The translations under genes were made by a program, and so were the position numbers. 64,000 bases of DNA from Rhina ancylostomus (taxonomy: Eukaryota), in contig JARFYF010000001.1 in the NCBI GenBank assembly GCA_030265395.1, positions 24,455,507 to 24,519,506 of the forward strand. The letters are read 5' to 3'. Positions 12,511 through 23,915 of this stretch are shown here, one piece after another (the stretch's first letter is position 1; each line of letters opens with the position of its first letter). Under the pieces are notes generated by a model. That model made no database searches, had not been told where the DNA came from, and was given only the letters and a program-made list of their open reading frames with translations.

Positions 12511-13700
12511 AGGTACTAATTCTCAGTAGGAACAGATAAAAATACAGTACAACCTAAAATCCCAGTCCCATTATGAATGGTTTTATGTGGGTGTGGATTT
12601 TGTGTAGAATCTACCACAAGATATAATTGGCAGCTCACAGTACATTAGATCATATAGTCTAATGTCGATATTGTGCATGCACCTGAAGGTTCCTGGGAAC
12701 ACAAAGGTGATGTCTATACATGTTACCACTAACGTATTAATTTGCAAAGGCACTGCAAAAGAAAGTGCAAAATATAGGAAGACTGGCTCTAACAAGAAAG
12801 TTGTCCTGTTTGTGCAAAACTTAACGAGGATCTGTCATCACTTAGAATTTTACAAGGCAGTCCATTTTAGCAGGCATTGAGGATTCAGATGTACTGCCAC
12901 AAGGAAACGTACTTTGTCTGTTATTTAGGTAAGGATTTCCATTCGTCTGTCCAAACAGTTTATCCAACAAGAGCTGCATTTGAGCATCATCACTATGAGA
13001 GGTCCAGCCAAGGCACTACATACTGTAGAACAAGTTTATTCATTGTAAATCTCAGAACTTGCAAAACTACATGCAATTAATTTGCACAAATGTAACAAAG
13101 ATCCTAAATTGTCTCTCTCCTTTGACATTGGACAGAACTGAAGTTGCAGCCCACACTTCTACTCCTACTCTTTTGTAGCACTATTTCAGCACTTTTTTCA
13201 GAGAGGAAACAATTTCTAAAGCTCTTAATGCCCCCACTGGTCAATGATCAGCCTTACTGAAAATCATCAGTCCGTGTTTCAATGTAAAAACCAAATCATC
13301 ATGACAAATTGTTCAACAGCAATGAATGGAACTACTGTCTGACGTATTTTCTCCATTATCTTCCAACTGAGCTTTTATTTGGCATTTTTGAGAAATTATA
13401 GCAATCCTAGACAACACACCCCCATGGAATGATTCTTGTTTAAAAAAATAACTTTAACTTTTGTCTGAATGATTGTGCAATATAANNNNNNNNNNNNNNN
13501 NNNNNNNNNNNNNNNNNNNNNNNNNNNNNNNNNNNNNNNNNNNNNNNNNNNNNNNNNNNNNNNNNNNNNNNNNNNNNNNNNNNNNNNNNNNNNNNNNNNN
13601 NNNNNNNNNNNNNNNNNNNNNNNNNNNNNNNNNNNNNNNNNNNNNNNNNNNNNNNNNNNNNNNNNNNNNNNNNNNNNNNNNNNNNNNNNNNNNNNNNNNN

Positions 13701-14150
13701 TACTTTGTGAGGCAGTGCAATTCTTCTGCTTACACAGAGCTTCTGTGTGCATCTGATGCATGGACTCGAGGTTCTCAATACCATTCCAAATTCATCAAAT
13801 CCACTGTGAGCAGTCTTGGGCCAGAAATTCCCAGCAGATTCCCAGTAGTCAGTGAGGATAGTTTTCTTCAAGGATACTTTAAGAATATTTTGAGTCTGTT
13901 CCTCTGTCCACCTGGTAATCTCTTCCCATTATAGAGCTCAGAATAGAGTGTCAGTTTTGGTTGTTTGGGATCTGGCACGCGAATGATGCCAATGGTCCGA
14001 GCATCTGAACGATAGTAAATAGAGCCTCAATGCTGTGCAGTTTGAGAGAGGACACTGACATTGTTTTACTTATCTTTCTGTAAATTTGAAGGAATTTTCA
14101 AGACAGCAGTGTTGTTATTTTTCCAGTGTCTTTAGGTGCCTGAATCAGGA
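13701..14150 (-). mobile_element. RTE-clade LINE 3' fragment
   Basis: Reverse strand reads TLYSELYNGKRLPGGQRNRLK, a typical RTE ORF C-terminus. Confidence 0.75.
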
Positions 14151-15147
14151 GTGAGCATTGTAGATGGACAGACTCTCCAATAATCTTCAAGGTTGATTGT
14201 TTTTTTTAGTATGTGTTTAATAGACCCTTCATAAGTGGTCAAATTTGAATTGCTGAACACACTCCCGATTGCAAATATTCAGTTAAATTCTTTGGTTGAC
14301 AGTTTTTTCTTTTTGTTTAATTTCAGCATTTTCTATCTGAAATTCAATTCCTGTTTCCTGTCCTTGTCCTTAACCGCATGTTTAAGAAAATTAATAGAAT
14401 CAGATTCTTCAAACTTTCTAGGACTACATTGTGATTACCTCCCCAGCTCACGATCCTGTGTAGCACAGACACACATAAGGTCTCTCAGTCAGAGCAGTTT
14501 ATACTTGTCAGAATATTTACCCACAAGTTGTGGATATGACGAGGTTCATGCTCTCAGTTCCTTCCATGATAAATTCCAAATATCAGTTGTGTCAGAGGTA
14601 AGTGATAAGTGAGCACTTCTGAAATAGAAAAGTCAATTCTGACTCGCTATTGAAGTAGGCCCTAAAATGATGGGTTATATATCAGCTATGGTAAAAACCA
14701 AGGGATGATAACCTACCATTTCCCTCAGCAAGTGAATTGGCAATACAGGAGTTTTATTTAAGTTTATGGATGCAAGAAACAAATGACAGGCTGTACCATC
14801 AGTCAACTCATGAATGTAAATACTGGCTTATCCATTGACTCTTCAATCAATAGAAATACGGATCAAGTCAGTGCTAATACCAATCCTTGATTCAAGGGTG
14901 ATCTCTACCATGAATCAGTTATGAATTCTAAGGTAACTCAGAAATTTGATCCAAGACCAACAAATCTGTCCACAGAACTTTTGGATATTATCTAGTGAGA
15001 GACTCCCTGTGGTTTCTGATTAAAATAAAGAGTCACCTATTGAAGTTAGAGATTAGATTCTTTTTCTTTCAGAGGGCCGTGAATCATTGGAACTCACCAG
15101 ATCGCTGTTAACCACAAAATAACTTATGCCGTACCAGCTTAATTTAG

Positions 15148-15435
15148 AGTTGTAGGGTTATAGAGCAATACAGCACAGATGCAGGCTCTTCGACCCAACC
15201 GGTCCATGCCGACCACTGTGCCCACCCAGCTAGTCCCAATTTCCTGCGTTCAGCCCATATTCTTCTAAGCCCCGTCCCTCCATGTATCTATCCAAGTGCT
15301 TCTTAAATGATACTATTGCACCTGCTTCAACCACTTCCTCTGGCAGCTCATTCCATTCTTACCACCCTCTGTGTGGAAAAGTTGCTCCTTGGGTCCCTTT
15401 TAAATCTTTCCTCTCTCAGCCTAAATCGATGCCCT
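15148..15435 (-). mobile_element. CR1 LINE 3' end
   Basis: tatccaagtgcttcttaaatgatactattgcacctgcttcaaccacttcctctggcagctc, near-identical to 52900-52970. Confidence 0.88.
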
Positions 15436-15469
15436 GCTCTGAGTTCATCCACTGTTAAGCCTCATGCAT

Positions 15470-16250
15470 TGAAATAAATGCAATTTAACTGGGCATTCCT
15501 TTTCCTGCCTTTACTGTGCCCTGGCTACCCTGATTACTAAACTTGCTCTCACTGCCGACTGCTTTATTCCACAACTTGCTCCTGGTCAGAGTCCCACCCC
15601 CCTGCCAATCTAGTTTAAACCCTCCTGTGTGACATCAGAAAATTTCCCTGCAAGGATTATTAGTCCTTCTCTGGTTCATGTGCAACTTGACCCTCTTGAG
15701 CAGATCATCCTTACCCCAGAAGAGATCCCAATGTTCCAAGAACCTGAATTCCTGCCTTCTGCACCAGCTCCTCAGCTAAGTATTCATCTAGCCTAACTTT
15801 CTATTTCTAACCTCACTAGCACATGGCACCGGGAGTAATCTGGAGATCACTACCCTTGAGGTCCTGCTTTTTAACTTCTTACCTAACTCCCCACACTCAT
15901 TCTGCAGGACCTCTCCCTTGTTCTAGCCATGTCATTTGTACCAACATGTACTGTTCATCCTCCCCCTTGAGTATTTTCTGCAGCCCGTTGGAGATGTCAT
16001 TGACCCTGCCACCCAGGAGACAATGCACCATCCTGGCGTCTCTTCTGAAGCCACAGAATCTCCTGCTGCACCCCCTTATTATCAAGTCCCCTATCACTGT
16101 TGCCTTGTCTAACTGCAGCCTTTCCCTCTGAGCCTCAGAGTAAGTCACAGTGTCAGAGACCTTACTACTGCTGCTAGCCACTGAAAGTACAGCCCCCTCA
16201 ACAGTATCCGAAGAGGTATACCCGTTAGTGAGGGCAATGGCCACAGAATT
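15470..16250 (-). mobile_element. CR1 ORF1 (SGNH esterase-like) fragment
   Basis: ATVIGDLIIRGCSRRFCGFRRDARMVHCLLGGRVNDISNGLQKILKGEDEQ matches the CR1 ORF1p esterase pattern (GDSxxR..CLPGA). Confidence 0.8.
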
Positions 16251-16872
16251 TCAGAATCAGAATTTCAGTCTGATTAAGTGGTAGCCATTACAGGTATTCA
16301 TGCATTGTCGACATTGCCTGCTTCAAACAACTCAAAATGTTCATCTTGTGAATTGGAAACAGCAGGAATCCCAACACTGAGCTGCAATTCCCCACACTGT
16401 TTTACTGTGCCTGCTGTTCTGTTTACTTTGTAATGTTGCTTCTCCTGTCACCATCAATTGTTATTTAAGTACCATTTAATTCTTACTTTACCATCTTCAG
16501 CTGCTTTCCATAATTGTGGCCTTTTTTTAACATTTTCTGTCGAGTCTTAGTTTTTTTCTAATAATGTTCAATTAATTAAGAAAATGGAAAAGATAGTAAC
16601 TCCAAAATAATTGTATCACTCCATGCATTGACAGTCAGAGGCTAAAGTAGCTTTATTGGGAAAATCTGGTGACAGTCCTCTCTGTAAGCCATTTTTTCAT
16701 GGCTACCATTGTTCCAAATTCAGTAAGGTGAACTGTCAATTTAATTGTAACTTACAGACCTTTTCAAACATATCCAATCTTGAAACTTAAGTTGAAGTGA
16801 GTTGATGTATTTATTTTGATATATCCATATGTGCCAGTATTAAATCTCAAAAGTAGTTGTCCATAATCACAA

Positions 16873-16924
16873 ATTAAAATGATTTTATGATGCATTTAAA
16901 ATGATTTTATGATAAATTTAAAAT
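16873..16924. repeat. 22-bp tandem duplication
   Basis: ttaaaatgattttatgat occurs twice, followed by a partial third copy. Confidence 0.8.
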
Positions 16925-16984
16925 TACGTTTAACAAGAGTGAAAATTCATTTAGCAGAATTAGTACTTAAAAATGAAAAATTAA

Positions 16985-17265
16985 GGGCAGGCACGGTAGT
17001 GTAGTGGTTAGTATAACGCTTTACAGCGCCAATGACCCGGGTGCAATTCTGGCCGCTGTCTGTAAGGAGTTTGTACGTCTTCCTGTGACTGTGCTGGTTT
17101 CCTCTGGGTGCTCCAGTTTGCTCCCACATTCCAAAGACTTATGGGTTAGGAAGTTGTGGGCGTGCAATGTTGGATCCAGAAACGTGGCAAAACTTGTGGC
17201 CTGCCCCCAGAGCACTCTACGCAAAGATGCATTTCACTGTGTGTTTCAATGTGTATGGGACTAAT
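16985..17265 (+). mobile_element. tRNA-derived V-SINE (HE1-like)
   Basis: A-box tagtgtagtgg, B-box gggtgcaattc, V-domain ggagtttgtacgtcttcctgtg..ggtttcctctgggtgctccagtttgctcccacattccaaaga. Confidence 0.85.
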
Positions 17266-17584
17266 GAAAATTCTCACCTTGAGAACAATCAAAGGTACCA
17301 TAAGTTTAAGCTGACCAAAAATAATTAAAAGGGGGGTAAAAAAAATCTCTCTCCCTCTCCCCCCTCCCCTCTCATCCCCCTCCCCTCTCATCCTCCCGAC
17401 CCCCTCTCCCCCTCACCAACCCAACCCTCGGAGGGAGAGGAGAGGTGTGTGGTTTCCCCACAAACCGTTACCTGTTTCACTGGCTTTGGTGAGAAGGTCC
17501 TCGGAGACTGCAGACCAGAAAAAGATTAGCGGTCACTGGCTGAAGCAAAAATAAATCACTCCCCCTCCAATTCACTCAGATATT

Positions 17585-17978
17585 CCCTCGGGGGGAGATC
17601 TGTGCACCGACCGGTGTCCCTCAGTCCCTCGGGGGAGATCTGTGCACCGACCGGTGTCCCTGAGTCCCTCTCCCTCAGGGGGAGACCTGTACACTGACCG
17701 GTGTCCCTCAGTCCCTCGGGGGAAGATCTGTACACTGACCGGTGTCCCTCGGTCCCTCTCCCTCGGGGGGAGATCCGAACACTGACCGGTGTCCCTCAGT
17801 CCCTCTTTCTCAGTGGGAGATGTAGAGGGAGCCCCACACTGTGTCTGTCCCGGGGGCGCTCGGTGCCCACACTGGGTATAACGTGGGGGGGACACACTGT
17901 TGGGGTGATGTAGAGGGAGCCCCACACTGTGTCTGACCCGTGTCCCGGGGGCGCTCGGTGCCCACACTGGGTATAACG
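17585..17978. repeat. GC/CpG-rich minisatellite: about 5 units of 41-50 bp, then 2 units of about 90 bp, running into a gap
   Basis: Repeated ccctcgggggagatctgt(g/a)cac(c/t)gaccggtgtccctcagt; then gatgtagagggagccccacactgtgtctg..cccgggggcgctcggtgcccacactgggtataacg twice. Confidence 0.92.
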
Positions 17979-20900
17979 NNNNNNNNNNNNNNNNNNNNNN
18001 NNNNNNNNNNNNNNNNNNNNNNNNNNNNNNNNNNNNNNNNNNNNNNNNNNNNNNNNNNNNNNNNNNNNNNNNNNNNNNATTGTTCACATCATCATGGGTA
18101 ATCTATACTGATGACTATTCGATCTCTGTTCTGTAATTAAATACCTGAATACAATCCAGGTTTCTAACTATGGCTGAATTAATGTCCTGTCTGATGTGTC
18201 ATTCCTTTCTCATGCATGCTTTCTATGGTCCAGTTGTAGTAGCCGACATTTAACAACTTTTGGTTTTATCCAGCTGTATTCACACTCTCAGGGAATGTTG
18301 CACTTAAATCTCTATAAGTTGACCAGCATCCATCTATCTATTAAGTATTTACTTAAAACCTTTCTTTTCCTCTCTTCAATCAAGCATCACTTTATGTCCA
18401 ATTAGTTGCATCTGTCACCTGGTTACCCATTCTGCTAACACAAACAGCTCACCCATAATTCTTTAAAAATTTTTCTTAGTGACTTATTGACTACACACCA
18501 TCTACCAAATTTCCCTTCAGTGAGACTTAACCAATGACTAACTTAGCTGAATGTGGTGTTGGTGCTGCTGGTGAGGCTACATGTTTCCACAGTTGTCTTC
18601 AGACAGTAGTTATGTTTTTTTTTCAGTCACAGAGGTCCTCAGTGTAATTTCCTCCAAATGATCTGCAAAACACCCTGATGACGATAGGGGAAATATATTT
18701 TCAAATCAAGCCAATTTAGGAGTTGGAAAGATGCTTTTCAGATGTTTATAACAATGCCATAACATTACAGCTTTCACCCGTTTGTGTGTCATATATTGTG
18801 AAGGTGGGAGATGCTGTTTGAGAATTGTTGCTATGCCTCCTGTAGTTTGTAAACAGTGCAGTTGAACTATATTGATAATACAGGGGATATCCAGTCCTTG
18901 AGCAAGCCTGCTGTTTTAATTTCTATTTTGCAACATTAACTTTGGCTTAATTTTGTTCAATCATTTCTTTCTAAGCTTTCAAGTCATGTTTCAATGCTTG
19001 CTTCAGAATATAATACCTAAACTAAGAATAGACTTGATATTGCACTGATTTGGGGAGCCTGGGCTAAAAATTATGTGACCAAAATAAGGAGATGAAAGTC
19101 ATTATTTTTAAGGAAATAATTCCAAGATCAGGAAAGATCTACAAAAAAACTTCAAAAACGTTTAACATAACAAGATAGAGAGTGAGTCAGGCTTCGGTGG
19201 AGGTTAGTTGTCAATTCACCTCTCCTGGAGCTTTGTACTACACCCTCCTTTGGACTGTCTCTCGGTGGGGCTAATTAGAGTGTCTGTGTTACTACTTAAA
19301 CTTCATTATGGATTCTGCTGTGGGAATTTTGAGTATTGATTTGAAATCACTTGATCTCAGAGCTTCCAGTTTTATAGGCCATCAATATGCCTCCCGTGTA
19401 GACAACACAAACTGAAAATGTTTCAGACATATTCTCTGTGAATTTTAGCCCTTGGTTAAATTATATATATTTAAGAGTGTTTGCATTTTATGCCAGCTTT
19501 GATAAAATCCACATTGTGGTGTTGATTTTGTTACTACCTTTCAAGATAGTACATTCATTGTTTACAGACATATGTATTGAAATACAGATCAAAAATGGGG
19601 CAAAAGTCAAAGAAATGCTCAACCTGTGGCTGTTAATTCATCTATCGGTCCCCAAAGAAAGCTGAAACAAACTTTCTAATTTAGACTTCTTGACTTGATT
19701 TTTCTATGTTGTCAAGTTTGTCCTTCCTCTTTTGCTGTTTTGGTTCAGAAAGATAGGACAAAATTCCCAATTCATCTCCAAGATTACTCTCCATAGTCTT
19801 GAACTTGTCACATTGAGTAAGCATTTTGTTTCCAGCTGGATTTATATCAGTTCACAATATGACAGCCCAAATTATTTTGTTGTTCTGTCAGTGGATGTAG
19901 TTCCCATCCCTAAATGCCCTCAAGAAGATATTGTTGAACCATTGAAATCTATGTGATGAAGTTGTTTCATGGAAGGCGGTAGAGAAGGCAATCCAGAATT
20001 TTGATCTAACAATCCATATGCGGATAATGCATGATATTGGAGATCTTGTGAGGTGATACTATTCCCTAATGCTTCTTGTTTTTGTCTTTCTGGGTGGTAA
20101 AGGTCATAACTCTTACAGGCAATTAGGGAATATTCTATCTCATTCCTAATGTTCTTTGTAGATAGTCGGAATTCATAAGGGAACCAGCAATATCGTCATT
20201 CACCTCAAATACCTAACTGTTCTTGTAGCAATGGTATTAAAGTAGCTCATCCAAGTGAGCTAAATTTTAATAATGACCTTCAGGATGAAAGGGGATTCAA
20301 TTACGGACATATCATTAAATATAAGGACCAGTTAGCTCAAAAGTCACCTGTTAGATATGGTCATTGCCAGATACTTATATGGTTTAAATATTACTGTCTG
20401 CTCAAATGCGAATTATACCTAGATTTTGTTGCTTGATTATCCACAGTTGCAAAAGGTGTTGACCCCATGCCATTATCAACATTTCTATTTTTGAATTTAT
20501 CATGAAAGGCAGATCATTGGTGGTTTGCCAAAAATACAGATTTGATGAATTCCTGGAGCTCTGTCCAGGAGCTGAGGCTGATTTTTTTTTGTGCAACAAC
20601 AGCCAGCATCTTCTGTTGCACATCTCCCACCAGGGGAGAGTTTGCCTCATGACTTCACTTCTACAAGGGAATCATGATGACACCTTTATCCAAATACTGT
20701 ATTACTGGCAAGTACAGGCACCCTCCCCTGTAATCTGGAATTTGTTTATTTTTTACCATTTTTGGATCAAGGCTATAATGATTATAGGAACTATATAGTC
20801 CAGGGAGTCTTTCAAACAAAGCACCATTGAGTAGATTATTTGTGAATAAGTCTCTTTGTTAGTTGGTATGGTTCTGCTTTTTGTGGACATCACGTACCTC

Positions 20901-21889
20901 AGCTGCTGATGACTTAGACCCAATATTGCCCAGTTTTGAGCTGCTTTATCTGTTCTGTTCTTTATCTGTGCTTCATCTCATTTTTCTGAATTTATCTCAT
21001 TTAATATACTGGTGGGGATATATAACATAATAGAATGTATACTCAATGTGAAGATGACACAGTACTGAGTGATGGCCACTTCTGCCAACATTGTCACTAG
21101 CATCTGTTTAAAGTAGATTAGTAAAGAAGAGGTCAGATAGGTTTTTTCTTGTTTGGTTTTATCATTACTTGCTGCAAATCCAGCCTGCTGTGGTTTATTG
21201 GAGTATAAATGTGGTACTTGCCATTTTTTTAATTTACAGCAATTTAATTATGCTAAAAGTTACTTTCAGTCTGCATTATGCTGCTGATACTGCACAGACA
21301 TTCCAATTTAAATGCTTAAGTATTGCTCAAACAGGTGTTCTCAATCAGTGCCAAAAGTTCTTGTTCCACTCAGTTAATGATCTAAACTAAAAGGCAGTGT
21401 GAAGATTATCTGTGTGTCTGGTATTAAGTCTTGAGCTTTCGGTGGTTGCTTTTCCCTAAGTGGAAGGACAAATGTATATGGTCNNNNNNNNNNCACTTCA
21501 GTTAACCACACACTTTTAATGAATTAGACTAGTGAAAGTACTGGAACATTGCATAAAAAATGAAAAATGCAGCACTAATGATGATATCTGCAGTGATAGG
21601 TTGAAGGCTAAATTTACATTTCTCTGCCCACTGAATTTTCAGCCAAATACATGCATGTATTTTCTCCTAAGATCAATTCCTATTGGACAGCTTCAAAGCA
21701 GTAGAGGTTTGAGAATGGATCATCTGCTTCTGGGCAATTCATAGTATTGGGAGTCAAAGAAGAGAAATAAAAATGAAAGTACCTGTTTCAGACGACCAAT
21801 GAACAATTAGGGTAATTATTAACTAAATGTGCCCAGCCAAATATATTTTCCATAAAATATAAAGTCACACTAAAGTAAGAATGGTATCA

Positions 21890-22200
21890 TACTAAACAGC
21901 ACAGAGAAGACAAATGCGGATGTGCCAAAGCTAGGGGATTTTAGTTATGGGGAGAGACCAATTAAGCTTGGAATTGTTTTCATTGGAAAGAGGAGTGTCT
22001 GAGGGAGGACTTGTTTCCTTAACAGAGGTGATTGACCAGGAAACACTGGTTTCAATTATTTGATAAAATAATTAGAGGAACATTAATGATTTATTTTCAC
22101 CCAACAAGTAGTGATATCCTGAAACTCACCACCCAAAATGTGGATGGAGTCAGGAACACTCATTGCAACTTGGATGAATATTTGAAGAGCTATAATAAAG
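21890..22200 (+). mobile_element. Old CR1 3' fragment, sense orientation
   Basis: gcacagagaagac..ttagttatggggagagac..ttgttttcattggaaagagg..ttttcacccaacaagtagtg. Confidence 0.6.
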
Positions 22201-23788
22201 CCTCATAAAGTTATCTTTTTTATTCTTGAGGAGCTTCAGAATTATAAATCTGTTATGTTGAGAATGCTGGCTTTATGTTTAGACAGATGGGTTGTCAGTG
22301 TTACAGCTCTTCACTTAAATTTGAGGAAATTTGGAGTCCATTTATTCAGTATTTCCATATGATGTAAGCAGACCTTTTTCAAATCCCTTTCAATAACCCT
22401 TGAATACAGAGGAGTGGAGCTAATGACATAGTAATGTTTTTTTTAACCGTAGAAATAACAGTTCAGTTTTTTTGAAGTTGTTGGTTTGCTTTTGTTTATT
22501 ATTACTTTTTAAAATTCTTTTGTATCATGTTCACTTAGTGAGAGATTGGGAGGTTCAGATTATATATTTTACTCCCTGTGAGTGTATATGTCAACTGTTA
22601 TTATTGTTATTCCAATCTCTTCGCACCATGTGTATAATCACTATTGTCATGTATCTTAATTTNNNNNNNNNNNNNNNNNNNNNNNNNNNNNNNNNNNNNN
22701 NNNNNNNNNNNNNNNNNNNNNNNNNNNNNNNNNNNNNNNNNNNNNNNNNNNNNNNNNNNNNNGTGTTTTGGTTCCATTGTATTGTATGTTCCAACTTTCA
22801 ATCGTCAATCTGAATGAAAATTGTTAAAGTGCTGCCCGAAGACCTTTCACCCACCGTTAAGTAAACAGGACATATTTTCACCATTTTATGTAAAGCGTAC
22901 ACATTGTTCAAATCCCTTTTTTTCTCACCAAGCTGTTATTTCTCAAAAGTCTAAGCAATTTATTTCTTTGAAGTTCAAGGTACAAAATGTGTAATGTTAT
23001 TTGTAATTTCTGGAAGCTGTGATATTTCCAGCAGGTGTGACAATTGTGCAATTTATTTCAAGTGGGGAAAAAGAGACAGTTTTAACCTAATCTACTTGGC
23101 AGGAATACTGCATTTTAGGTTCCTGGATTATTCTCATGTTGATCCACAATAATATTGGCAGAAGAACCTTAGAATGATCAGAAGAAAGTGTAAACAGCAC
23201 TGACACCATTTACACAGACTCACTTTGCTTCCTTCACTGAAGTTATGCCACTAGGTCAAGAATTATTCAATGGAAATTCTCTTTATTTATCATATTTGTC
23301 AATGACTGCAAATTTTAAAAAATGATGGGGTTGGGGTTTACATTAAAATGTTGGCAGCAATGGATACAGTGGATTATTTCCAATATCCGGTTTGTGCATC
23401 AAGTCAGATAAACGTGCCATAGTTTACATCAAAATAAATGGAACCTTAAGCATTTAGTTCTGATATAGTTTTACTGGGATAAATATTGTCTTTCAGCATA
23501 ATCCAGGAGAGAAGTTTCTTTATGTGGATGTTTATGCAAGTAATTTTTCATTAAACCATGCAAGCAGTTATGCTTCTTTTGTGGTGTATTTACAGTAAAA
23601 TTGTTATCCTAATATTTAGCCCACTGAAACAAAGAAATATTTATATTCTCTTAGTCAAAAAACAAATGGATTATGGTTTTACACACCTCTGAAACATGAC
23701 AGGTAAGCACTAAATGATTGATAAACTCAGCCCAGTAACATGATAGCTCAGCGAAATAAAAGAATTTGATCAATGCACAATTATATTA

Positions 23789-23915
23789 ACAATAACTTGT
23801 GTAACCACATCTTTTATTGAACCCAACAGCCAAATTAGTTAAAATCAAGATACAATAACTTGTGTAACCGCAGTCTTTTATTGAACACAACAGCCAAATT
23901 AGTTAAAATCAAGAT
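23789..23915. repeat. Direct tandem duplication of about 63 bp
   Basis: acaataacttgtgtaacc(a/g)ca(g)tcttttattgaac(c/a)caacagccaaattagttaaaatcaagat twice, with three differences. Confidence 0.92.

Noticed and set aside
13396-13934. Long ORFs across N gaps (also near 22600, 30900, 38600, 44400, 55400)
   Set aside because: Artefacts of translating N as X.
16990-17060. tRNA gene
   Set aside because: A and B boxes continue directly into a V-SINE body; no convincing cloverleaf.
17585-17978. Repeat array resembling a CRISPR locus; also ORF 17572..18087
   Set aside because: Units are contiguous with no unique spacers, there are no cas genes, the context is a vertebrate intron, and the ORF is a by-product of the repeat and an N gap.
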